From positions 1 to 64,000 of IMG/VR virus record IMGVR_UViG_3300048672_001051: DNA of 64,000 nucleotides. The stretch is one strand, 5' to 3'. Made by a program: the position numbers and the translations under genes. Positions 36,982 through 48,400 of this stretch are shown piece after piece (position 1 is the first letter of the stretch; each line of letters begins with the position of its first letter). The notes below the pieces were generated by a model. That model saw only the letters and a list, made by a program, of their open reading frames with translations, ran no database searches and had not been told where the DNA came from.

Positions 36982-39900
36982 ATGAAACTAGACAGAGAAT
37001 TATTACTTACAGCTATTGGTGGCTTAACAGGCGCAGCAGCTGTAGACAGCGAAGGTGACTTCTTTGCAGCCCCTGTAGGGGCTGCAATAGGAGCTACAGC
37101 TGCAAATTATCTTGACATCAAGACGATTGACCCTGGTCGCTTAATACAAAATAATCGCACATTGCAGTTAAGCCAAGATAAGCGACTAACCAGAGCTGAG
37201 CAGTTAAGAGAGTCTTTGACTGAATTGTATGGTGCTGGCGGAAATACTCCAGTGCATCAGTATGCTAGTCAAGTTTTAAGTAATTCTTCTGCAACTGAGT
37301 ATGACTTATCAGTAGCACTGACTCAGTTAAAGTCTACAGGCGAGTTAAGCATGCTAACAAATCCGCAAGTTAAAAGTGAGCGCCTAAGTGTTACAAAAGT
37401 TGCGCCAAATGCTAGTGATTCTGTTAAATTAGCCGCATTTGAAAACAAACTGAAAAGCCTTGGGTACACTGGAAAAAATTTAACAGATAAGCTTGCTTTA
37501 TTTGAACCGTTAATTTCAAATTCTAAAGGTTTAATTATAAACGGAGACTCTATAACTCTAGGCGAGCAAGGCACTATACGACTTACTGACAGTTTAGGCG
37601 GGAATATAACCAACGGTTCTTATTACGCCACACAAAGACTTAATCCTTTTGCTAAAGCTGCCGCAGACGGAATGAATGTTAAAAGTATGGCGGAAGCTGT
37701 AGGTATAAATTTAATTGATGCTGCTAATTCTGATGTTTTAAGAGAGACGCTTGAGAGAGGTTTTAAACAAGGTTTAAGGCCGGATGACATGCAAGCTATG
37801 CTAGCACAGAGTGACTTAGGCTTAAGTTCTAAAGTACAAAACTTTGCAGAAACTGCTTACCAATATAGTGAAGATGGTACTAGCGCCCTAGTTAAAAATA
37901 GTGCTACAGCAAGATCAGAATTGTCTGAAATAGGTATAAATAAAAGAATTTTAAACGAGAGTGATTATGGCGTAGCTTTAAACATAGATACACGTACCAA
38001 TGGCCTAAACACTAAAAATCCTTTTAAGAGACTAAACACTAACTCTCCAGATGGTGTTAGGATATCTGACTACCTGAAGACAAGAAACTATTTAACTGCG
38101 CAGAATGGTGGCTTTATACAAGAGGGTGTTAAGACTGATAAGTACACTGTAATGTCAACAGCAAAGCCTAAGCCTCTGGCTAACGCTATGGGTATGATTG
38201 AGCGTAATGCGTACACCACGGGGACTAGAGGCGATCTGCCGGGTATAAATAAAGCAAGCTTGCCTGCCGGTGTTAATGCAACAGCTGACAGTGAAGTTTT
38301 GACTGCTATGTCAAAACTTGGACTGATGCCTGAGGAGTTTAGAGGTTCAGTCCCACTTAAACGTATTACCGTCGATGCTGAGCAATTTAATGCAGTAGCA
38401 GACCGTTTAGGACTACCTGCAGATGTTAGGCTAGGAGATGGCTCTGCATTGGGCAGTAGAACGCTATTAAATCAGTTTGAACATAAAGAAACTCAGCGTT
38501 TTATCATACCTAAAAATTCAAAAGGTGAGTACGCAGTAAGCTCTGCTGTTCAGACGTTCATTGACAGCAAACTGTCAGAGGGTGTAGGTTTTACAGGTTT
38601 AATGACCATACCTAACTTAGATGAAAGATCTAAAGATTTAGAAAGAATTAAGAAACTGGAGGTTGGTTATACTCCAGAAGATATTGCTGTCTTAAAAACA
38701 AATGTTGAGAATTCTCAACAAGCTCGTAAAAAAGTTAAAGATTTATTTGTAAACGGCTTACCAAAAACAATTAGCGCAGAAGAATCTGAGTTTATAAAAA
38801 ATGCGCCAATAGCTATAGCTTTTGACCAAGAAAAATTTAACGCTACAGTTAGAAGCAGATTTAGTGGCCAAGGGACGATCACTCCAGATATACTGGACAC
38901 CTTAGAGCAACACTTACGAAAAGGTGTTGCTCTGCCAGACTTAGGACTGCAAGGAAAGGGTGCTAGAAAATTAAGACAAGCTATTGCAGAATATAAACAA
39001 GACTCCGATTTAACAAATTTAAAAAATTATCATAAATCGAAGATAATGTCTAATGTGGATTATAATGATGCTTCTGCAGTTTTAAAAGGAGCTGAGAATG
39101 GAACTCTGCCGCAAGTTACAACTGAACAGTTAGCGAAAGCTAAGCAGCAGGTGCAAAACTATTATGCTAGAATGCTTCAACTTACATCGCGTAAATCTGA
39201 TGTGCAGCATAAAGAATATTCAACTGGCATGTATAACAAACTCACAGCTATTATGGGTGAAGATGTTGTCGACACATCTAAGGTTATGGAATTATTCCAA
39301 GAGCATAACAGAGTTGCTGCGGTTCAGCCACTAGCTAATCACGAGGTTTTAGGTTTAGACGCTAAAGGCTCGCCTATAAAAGTATCGACTGAGTTTAATA
39401 AATGGAGATTCACTGGAGCTAGAGAAGTAACTGACGACTTCGGAGTTACAAGCCTAGAACTTAACTTAGAAGGCTATAGCCGAGTAGGGTCCCAAGCTAG
39501 GGTAAAATCTTTTGGGGTTAGTTCTAAACAAGCCGTAGGCATGCTCAACCAAGATATGTTTGACGTAGCTTATGCAGTGGCTGATCAATTAGAGCGTGGT
39601 CTAATTCCAGCAGAGGGCACGCTAGTTGATCCGCAAGCTTTGACTACTGATGAGAAATTAATACGTCTACTTAGCGGATTCCCCGTACCTCCTGACAAGA
39701 CAGATGGAGAGTTGTTAGGCGAGTCAATTTTAGACAGGACAACAAAGTACAATCTGATGGTCGGTAAAAATACAAGTATTATTGTAGATGCTAGTGATAC
39801 TCAAGCTTCACTTGTTAAGACACTACAAAATGATTTGAAAGCTGGTACCCTGACAACTGGCATAAACAAAGGTTTAAATGAAGCTGCTATTAGTAGTGTT

Positions 39901-42474
39901 GCTAGCCAGACATTTGATAGTAGTTCAGCTGCCAGATTAGTCTCAGCACTATCTCAAAATAAAGATGGGGCTGGCGTACTGCACTCTGCCTATTACGATG
40001 CAGCAAGAGTCGCTTATAATAGTGGTAAGTACAATACAACTGCCGGAGCTTCTTCAAGAATGTTAGACTTTTATACAAACATTGGATTTAGTCCGGTTGG
40101 TCATGCGAACGGTGAAGCTAGCTTAGCAGCATTTGGTCAAGCATATCATGAACATGTGGGTAAATATTTTAACGGGTCTGCTGGATTTAACTCAGTTGAT
40201 ATGTTTAATAACCCTGCGATACAGTCTTTTTTTAATGCAACTAATGAAACTTACCATTGGAGTAGTCTTGACAGTCGAGCTACCTACACATACGGTGCAA
40301 GATCAGGCGATAGAGGTATGTCTTGGAATGCTCAGAAAAATTTAATAAACTCTGGCTATGCACCAGAGGTGTTAGACTTATTTGGCACGCATGACGCAAA
40401 TGCTGTCTACGATTTAAAAGCTTTTAGCAACACTATGAAAAAATCTGACTCAACTATAAATAGTTTTATTGCAGATTTACCTCAAGGTAAATTTACAGAG
40501 CTAATGCAAGACTTACGCGCAGCTAAACATGAAGACTATGCAGATATTTTTACTAAACATGGCGCAAACCGCGAGCTTGTGCAAGGAGACTTTATAAGTT
40601 ACGCGCTACCCGCAAACGAGTTTGGAATTGAAACTTTACCACTTTATAAGCAGTCTACTTATCGAGTTGGAACGTATGTAACTCCAGAAGGTCAAGAGAT
40701 GCGTAAAAACTTATCTACGTTACCTTTACAAATAATTCGCGCTAGTGAAGCAGCAGCTAGAGACCCTAGCGAGCTTATGCGTGAGAGACATCTTAAAGTT
40801 TATCAAGACTTGCTGACAGAGTATACTTCGGAAATATCGAACACTATTCAAAATTCTAGCGGCAATATTCTTAAAGAGTCTACTAAACGTTATGTTGAAA
40901 ATTCTTCATACTCTATTGTTGCGCCAGCAGAAGGTCATATAAAAGACCTTGCAATTGAATATAACTTAACTGGCAAAGGTCTGCCAACAGTAGGTGTAAG
41001 TGAGGAAGGTGCTGTAGAGCGTTTAAGACTTTTTGGAGTAGACACTGAGCACAAAGATTTTAACCTTGAAAATCATATGGACGCAGATGGCAGATTGTTG
41101 GACGCAGATGGTAACAAAGTGTTTTCGATACAATCTAGAGAACCAGCTTTCTCGACAAACTCTACAAGACTAGTAAATTACACTGTCATACCAGATGCAG
41201 AAACTGCAACTAAAAATACTGTATTCCACAGTGCAGCTGACACTCATTATTCTAAATTAATGTTTGGAGACTTTGACTTTGACCACGTATTTGAATATTT
41301 TCCAAAAAGAAACTTAAGTGCAGAAGAGTACGCTAACATATTAGCTATAGGTGAGAATCAAGCTAAACTTAGTAGAAGTTCAATCGAGTTGGCTCAACAC
41401 TTAGGTGTTAAAGGGTCAGCAAAAGATATGAAAAGCTTATCAGACTTTTTAGACGAAGCGTCTAAGTCAGGGGCCACTGGTACAGAACTAAATACTGTTG
41501 CAGCAGAATTGTATGCTCAGCACTTAGAGGGTTCTGCTGTGAAAGCTGGTCAACGTAAATCGTTGACACCAACTATAACAAATTTTGCAAACTCTATATT
41601 TAAGTCTGTTGAAAAAGCATCAAGTCCTGGCACTCAATTGTTTAACGACCAAGCCACTTTAATGCACTATTTAGTCGAAAATATGATTAAGTCGCAGCAC
41701 ACTAAAACTGGTGCCCAAAATAACTCTGTAAGTGAAGTGGAGAAATTAGTAAGTGCTCGTGAGAAGTTTTTAAAAAATCCTTCTGCGTATGGTGCGCAAT
41801 ATACAGATGCATTAGATCAGCTTTTACATTCTTTCAGTGGTGATATGAATGACAGTTTAAAAGCACGGGTGACTTCAGCAGTAGATGGCATTAAGCAAGC
41901 GGAGATGATACATGCACCGAGTTTAGCTGGCAGTGTGCAACTACCAACAGATTTTGGTAGAGCAGTTGCAGCAACTGCTGGAGAGTTTAGCGACATAGTT
42001 GAAAAACTAGATGATTTTGTACATCACGCTAAAATTTTACCAGTAGACGAAGGCGCTGTAAATATTGCTAGAACTGCCAGTTTCGGGTATGATGAGATCA
42101 TGTCGAACATTAAAACAAATGTTGCTAATAATAAAGTAGTCTTGGCGTTAGCTGCCGCTGGTCTTGTAGGTACAAGTATAATTACTCAAAAGTCACCAGA
42201 CTTTAAGACTAACACTAAAGCAACAGCTAACCCGTCTTCAATGATGATGGCACCTTCTAAACAAACATATAAAGATAGGAAGGAGCAAGACACATTAAAC
42301 GGTTTCAACTACCAAACACAATCTAACTACTTAACTAATAAAGACTTTGTAAAACAAGCTGTTTCTGTTCAAGGGCAGTACACTAAAGCAAAATCTGAAT
42401 TAGATAATTCAATTAAGAGAAGTGTATTTGGTAATAATATATCTAACGTAAGAATAGAAAGTTACTATGAGTGA
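36982..42474 (+). CDS. Putative single-chain two-barrel (DPBB) RNA polymerase, probably virion-associated
   Basis: SREP (R1386) and FGDFDFDH (D1430-D1434) resemble the beta-prime RxP...DxDxD active site; LGDGS (D486) and VKSFGVSSK (K842/K849) resemble beta motifs; hydrophobic N- and C-termini. Confidence 0.65.
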   Translation: MKLDRELLLTAIGGLTGAAAVDSEGDFFAAPVGAAIGATAANYLDIKTIDPGRLIQNNRTLQLSQDKRLTRAEQLRESLTELYGAGGNTPVHQYASQVLSNSSATEYDLSVALTQLKSTGELSMLTNPQVKSERLSVTKVAPNASDSVKLAAFENKLKSLGYTGKNLTDKLALFEPLISNSKGLIINGDSITLGEQGTIRLTDSLGGNITNGSYYATQRLNPFAKAAADGMNVKSMAEAVGINLIDAANSDVLRETLERGFKQGLRPDDMQAMLAQSDLGLSSKVQNFAETAYQYSEDGTSALVKNSATARSELSEIGINKRILNESDYGVALNIDTRTNGLNTKNPFKRLNTNSPDGVRISDYLKTRNYLTAQNGGFIQEGVKTDKYTVMSTAKPKPLANAMGMIERNAYTTGTRGDLPGINKASLPAGVNATADSEVLTAMSKLGLMPEEFRGSVPLKRITVDAEQFNAVADRLGLPADVRLGDGSALGSRTLLNQFEHKETQRFIIPKNSKGEYAVSSAVQTFIDSKLSEGVGFTGLMTIPNLDERSKDLERIKKLEVGYTPEDIAVLKTNVENSQQARKKVKDLFVNGLPKTISAEESEFIKNAPIAIAFDQEKFNATVRSRFSGQGTITPDILDTLEQHLRKGVALPDLGLQGKGARKLRQAIAEYKQDSDLTNLKNYHKSKIMSNVDYNDASAVLKGAENGTLPQVTTEQLAKAKQQVQNYYARMLQLTSRKSDVQHKEYSTGMYNKLTAIMGEDVVDTSKVMELFQEHNRVAAVQPLANHEVLGLDAKGSPIKVSTEFNKWRFTGAREVTDDFGVTSLELNLEGYSRVGSQARVKSFGVSSKQAVGMLNQDMFDVAYAVADQLERGLIPAEGTLVDPQALTTDEKLIRLLSGFPVPPDKTDGELLGESILDRTTKYNLMVGKNTSIIVDASDTQASLVKTLQNDLKAGTLTTGINKGLNEAAISSVASQTFDSSSAARLVSALSQNKDGAGVLHSAYYDAARVAYNSGKYNTTAGASSRMLDFYTNIGFSPVGHANGEASLAAFGQAYHEHVGKYFNGSAGFNSVDMFNNPAIQSFFNATNETYHWSSLDSRATYTYGARSGDRGMSWNAQKNLINSGYAPEVLDLFGTHDANAVYDLKAFSNTMKKSDSTINSFIADLPQGKFTELMQDLRAAKHEDYADIFTKHGANRELVQGDFISYALPANEFGIETLPLYKQSTYRVGTYVTPEGQEMRKNLSTLPLQIIRASEAAARDPSELMRERHLKVYQDLLTEYTSEISNTIQNSSGNILKESTKRYVENSSYSIVAPAEGHIKDLAIEYNLTGKGLPTVGVSEEGAVERLRLFGVDTEHKDFNLENHMDADGRLLDADGNKVFSIQSREPAFSTNSTRLVNYTVIPDAETATKNTVFHSAADTHYSKLMFGDFDFDHVFEYFPKRNLSAEEYANILAIGENQAKLSRSSIELAQHLGVKGSAKDMKSLSDFLDEASKSGATGTELNTVAAELYAQHLEGSAVKAGQRKSLTPTITNFANSIFKSVEKASSPGTQLFNDQATLMHYLVENMIKSQHTKTGAQNNSVSEVEKLVSAREKFLKNPSAYGAQYTDALDQLLHSFSGDMNDSLKARVTSAVDGIKQAEMIHAPSLAGSVQLPTDFGRAVAATAGEFSDIVEKLDDFVHHAKILPVDEGAVNIARTASFGYDEIMSNIKTNVANNKVVLALAAAGLVGTSIITQKSPDFKTNTKATANPSSMMMAPSKQTYKDRKEQDTLNGFNYQTQSNYLTNKDFVKQAVSVQGQYTKAKSELDNSIKRSVFGNNISNVRIESYYE

Positions 42475-45400
42475 TACAATAAATACATCATATAGCCAAG
42501 AACCTGGTGAAATTTTAGAAATAAATGATATAAATTTGGAGGTTCTTCCGAGTGATATCGCTATGTATGCTGATAACGCAATATATGAAGACGTATTTAT
42601 TCGTTCAAATGGTGCGTTTGCATTTAGGTCAAAACATTCACACTCTAAAATAATTTTAACTCTCCCGATCCCGCTTATTGCGGGTTCGGGCAAGTACAGT
42701 GCACTAGAAAAAAGTGCGCACGATAATGGCATCCGTTTAATAAATGAATTAAATAGCTACCCTTTTTGTTTTGTTAAATCATCACGTATTAGCTCGTACA
42801 TCGGTACATCAATTGCCAGCGAATATTTAGTATTTGGTGTGGATGAACTTCGATTAGTTATGGACTTAAATGTGCCTAATATCTTGTTTGCTGAAATAAC
42901 ATTACTCTATCATGATCATACAAATTATACTTCAAGTTTTTTATTCAGAGAAGATTTTGACACAGAGTCTGAGAGTGGCGCTGCAGTGTCTAGACCTGCA
43001 GATTCGAAACTATTTGTGCAGTACATGGACGCGCTACAAAACTCTAATAAAGCGTTTAATTACAATCAATTTATATCTGAAGTTAAAACAACTGTAAAAA
43101 ATTACGGTGAAGAGTCGACTTTAGGTCTTGTTAACCTGCTGACACCGTACTTTTTCGATAAAGACGATCCAAGTCTTAAACTAGGCGATGGTGAAGTTTA
43201 TGAAGAATTTAGCCTGTCTTCTGCAAACCTTGCAGAGCATGTCTTATCTACATCAATACTGCAAACTGCCAACGGAGATGATGAGTCGGCTACAATACGG
43301 CCATCGACTAAAAAAGAAAATGGTTCAAAAATAGTTGCTGCATATCGTGGCGACGTGCAGTTATTTAGTAATATTAACGTAGTAAATGCAGTAATATGTT
43401 CTCGTAAAAATTCATTTGCAAAGCAGTTTATTGGCAGTCACCAACACCCATGCTTACAGTATATCGGGAGATATCCTGCAAGAGTTGAGATTAAAACAAT
43501 GTTTAACTCTATGAACTCTTATAAGATGAATGTTGAGTCTGTTACGGCAATGTTTAAAACACTGTTAAACAAGATTGACAGTAATAACATGACGTTCCCA
43601 GAAGCTAACGCATACAATCACATGAAAGTACGATCGCTGCCTACAAGTTTGCTGCTAATTGAAAATATCATGCCAGATCAATGCACCATAAGCGCATCAT
43701 CAGATAACAAAGATATAGATGTTATAGATTGTACTTTTATAGAAAGTTCTTTAAAAGAATTTATAGATCCAAAAGAAGTTAGTGTAAAAGACTTAATAAA
43801 AGTTGCATCCGGTGCAGATACTTATAAAATAATTGCTGAGTACATAAAAGTCCTAGCTAACGCTAAAGATTTTAATACTGCAACCCACTCGACTTTGGTA
43901 AGATCTTTGTATGTAATTTACGACTACTTGCGAGAAGAAAACTCTGCATCACAATATAAAGTTCAGTATAGTAAAGATTTGGATAGCACTGCACTAAATA
44001 ACTATAAAATGAAGTCGGACAAAGAGGCTCGAGCGATAGCGACGGGTAGAGCCCAATTAAGTTTAGTTGCAGATATAAAAGATCCTATAGCATCAGCTAA
44101 TAATATTAAAAATAGTTTACAATCTTTAAGTATTTATCTGATTCCGAAGCTAAACAACCGCAAAGTTTTAGCGACTAATGAGGCAACAAACCTTATGAAA
44201 GTCTCTGACGATTTCATTGTCACTGACAAATCTGGAGCAAAAGTCGACGCATCTCTTCGTGATATATATAGCTTTAATGGAACTGCTGAATCAGCTTTAG
44301 ATAGTTTTGCTCTAGACCTAGGTGCATTATATAATGTTGGTGATAGTGTAGCTAAACAAATGACTACGCTAGGAACATCAGATACAGTAGCTAAAAATTT
44401 GAATGCACAGTTTATATCGTCATTCACAGGTGAAAACTACAAAGATTTGTCTTTAGATTTATTGTATAGCGATGTAGAGAACCGCCGTAAATTAACACCG
44501 TTTTTCTTCTTAGTGTGCAGACCACATTTTAGTAGAGAAGAGATGTATACAGCATTTAAACTTTTAGACAATGAAACTATAAATCAAATACAAGATAAGA
44601 TAAATTTACAAGTAACTCGAGAGTATGGATTAAGTGCCGCAACAGATTTAGGTACTAAATTTCTAAAAATGGGTGAGTATAGTTATAAGCCAGGGTCTGA
44701 GACTCAGTTGAACGGCTCTGGAACTACTAAGTATTTTGCTAGCGCAGAAACTAATGATAAGTACGATGCTTTAATTACAAAGTATGCAGACATGTATGGC
44801 TTAGAACCATCTCTTGTGAAAGCGGTAATTGAAACAGAGTCTCATTTTAATCCAAACATAGTTTCACCATCTAATGCAAAAGGCTTGATGCAACTTATTG
44901 ACACAACTTTTGCAGCTCAAAAAGTTGGTAGTAATCCTTTTGACCCTGAGCAGAACATTAATGCTGGCTGCAAGTATTTAAGTGAAGTAATTAAGAAAGC
45001 TAATGGCAATGTTAAAAATGGTTTAAGTTTTTATCACAGCGGACCTGCGGCGGATTTAAATAACTTAGGCCCTGCTGGAAGAGCTTACGCGCCAACTGTG
45101 TTTGAAAATCAAAAGAAATATTCAAAGTCACTGACAAATTCGACAACACCTAATAGACTTAAGCCGGATCAAAATGTAGCTAATCCGTTCCTAGGTACAT
45201 CTAATGGATTTACAAGCAATACGCAACCAATTATCAACGCGTCGGCATACAGAGATGCGTCAGAATTTAAAGTTGATAGTGTAGTTGACGGAGATACATT
45301 TGATGCTACAAGGCAACTTGACGGTAAAAGTCTAAGAGTTAGAATAAAACTTTTAGATACGCCTGAATCTGTAGGTATCTTTAACGGCACTTCTTTGCAA

Positions 45401-48400
45401 GCTCAGTGGTATGGCGCAGAAGCTAAACAAAAGCTCCGCAGTTTATTACCAGTTGGAAGTATAGTTAAGATAACTGGACTTGAAACAGACACAACATATA
45501 GCGAGAGAACTCTCGGCGTAGTAATTCGTGCTGATAAGTTAGATGTAGCTTTAGAGATGATTAAGACTGGTCATGGCTTAACTACGTCTGGTGTAAACAC
45601 AGCTTATACTCAAGCGCAAGCTAAGGCTAAAGCAGACCAAGTTGGGATGTGGGCAGAGCCTGCTAGAGTAATGCCTCCAGCTCAATTTAGAGCAGCACGT
45701 AAAAAAGCCGCAGAAGAGAGTGGCAAGAAGGAACCAGAACCGATTGTGCGCGGCTCAGAAGAAACTAAAAAAGATAACTCCAACTTAAAGAATACTTATG
45801 CACCTTTGAAAAAATCTTCACCTGTCACAAGTCCATATGGTTGGAGAACTATATTTGGAAAACAGCAATTCCATTACGGAGTAGACTTTGGCGTACCTAT
45901 AGGTACTCAAGTAGTTTCTGCTGCTTCTGGTACCGTGTCTAGAGTTTTTTCACAAGCTAGTGGTGGAGGTCTAATTGTAGAAGTTGCGCACGATGCTAGA
46001 GGATTTGTTACGCAGTATATGCATCTGAGCAAGGCTCTTGTATCAGCAGGCCAACGAGTAAAAGCTGATGAAGTAATTGCATTGTCTGGCAATAGTGGTG
46101 GACGAAGCACTGGGGCTCATTTACACTATGGTGTATCTTATAATAAAACGCGCATAAACCCATTTATGACCGTAACACTTTCAACGATACCTACAGACAC
46201 TCCACTAATAGCGGGAGATTACATCCACCCTGACGCCACTAAGAGTGCTGGACAGCGTGGCGGTGAGACTGATGGTGGTGCTGGCTTGAACTTGTACTTA
46301 GCAGGTGGCTCGAAAGAAGCTGATGTTAACGTGTTTTATGAGTTGCAAAAAAGTGAGTTTGGAGAATTGTACTCTGTATACAATGAAAAACTAATGCTTG
46401 AGAAACATTTAGAGCAGTTATTGTATAATTATAACTACACAATGGACACAGCATTTCCAGTAATAAAAGCTTATATAACTGTTGGTAATGAAAATGATGA
46501 GCTTATAGAAGGATCCACAATCCCAACTAGTCAGTATTTTGAAGTGAACGGACTTCAAAATTTTAAGATGCAATGTAACGACGATAACAACCCTGTTGAC
46601 GTTGCTATGTTTACATTAGCTAACCCATCTTTTTTACAAACAACAGGTGCAGTCGGTTTAACAAAGCAGTACGAAATTGACACAAGCCAACCGGGAACTG
46701 AGTATAATTTAAGCTTTATTGAAAATAAAATTAGATTACGGCCAGGCATGAAGTTTCACATAAGAGCTGGCTATGGTAATAACCCTAACAACTTAAAACC
46801 AATATTCAATGGAATGATTACAGATATTTCATCACCTATGAGTATGACTTTAAATATTGTCGCTGAAAGTTTTTCAAGAGAGTTGTTGTATACTGAAATG
46901 TCTTCTGATCAACCTAGAGACTTAACTGGAAACGATAACGGCTCAACCGGATATCTTTTAGGGCAGTCTATGTTGCAAGAAAGCATAACCCACTTTGGGA
47001 AGTCTTTTAGTGCACTTCGACGTATAACAAAAGTGTTAAACCCATTTAATGGAACGTCCACATATGACGGCGAAGTTCGAGATCCTGAAGCTAAAGCTAT
47101 GTTGGCGCCACTTAGCCCTACATCGTATATACCGCCAATGCTTACCATATTTAGTGGTTCTGGTTTTAGACAACGACGATTTACAAACTTGTACTCAGCT
47201 GACATAGAGAAAGTTCACGACGAGTTTGAAACTGGTATTATTAACAGCATCTCAAGGTCAATTGATTGGACTAGAAAAAGTAGTTATGGGTATTTTGTAT
47301 ATGGAACAACTCCGTGGCAAATTGTTAAGGAGATGGAACATAGACATCCAGGCACATTAGCCAAACCTCTATTGTATGAAGACCGGATGACAATGTTTTA
47401 CGGTACAAAAGAGCAATTATACGTGGCTAGAGATTTGAATCCTGCATATATGGCTCAGATTTCTTTAAAAACAACTTTACAAAAATTATCAGCATTAGCT
47501 CCAGAGGCGTCCGACGCTTTAGCGAAGAACATTGATTATGCGGAAGAACGTCCTAAGCGCTTAGAGCCAGCTACAGGCTTCCATATGCTCAGCACAAAGA
47601 CAAATATAATATCTAACGGTCTGGGTATATCTAATAAGTATAAAACGAGGATTAACAGTATATATAGCAAATCTGTCTCGGACTTTAAGAAAATTGATGG
47701 CGAGAATCCTGCAGAGGTAGTTCAAATAGATGACAACTTAAATCCTTGGGAAGTTCGTGATAAAACTATCGCTATGGGTGGTTGTAATAGCAGGTATATG
47801 GCTTGGCTGTATGGCACTCAAGAGTTAAAATCTGAGTGTGAAACAATGTATGGCGGTAAGATAGTACTAGTTGGCGACCCGACTATAAAAGCTGGCGACT
47901 ATGCTTTTATATACGATAACGACCGTAACATGGCAGGTATTATAAAAGTACGTGAATGCCAACACAATTTCAATATGGAGTCTGGGTTTACAACTGAGAT
48001 AGTTCCAGGACAGTATGTCGAGTGTGCAAATTTTGTTTGGTCTTTATTTTTCTTAAAGCTAGGCTTTATGTGTAAAATGACTTCAATTAAATTAGAGTTA
48101 TCTCAAGTAGATACTTTAACAACCGCGTCTATTGCACAAGAACTTGATTACTACTATAATTATATATACGAGAAAAATACGAGCATGTCTGATGCAGCTA
48201 TAGCTGCAATACCAGTAGCTGCCTACACAACATTAGGCACATTCTTAGCTTACTCCGCTATTTATACAAATGGTAAGAGCAACTTTGTAAAAGCTATGCT
48301 GATAAATGGTGCAGATTTAGCAACTAGCGTGGCTAAGAAAGGCTATGCAAAACTAGCCACTGTTCAGTTTAAAAACGGATTTTCACTTGGAAAATATTTA

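Noticed and set aside
41078-41111. 13-nt direct repeat encoding DADG twice, as a polymerase catalytic motif
   Set aside because: It lacks the third Asp and lies upstream of RxP; DFDFD fits the expected position. Probably a local micro-duplication.
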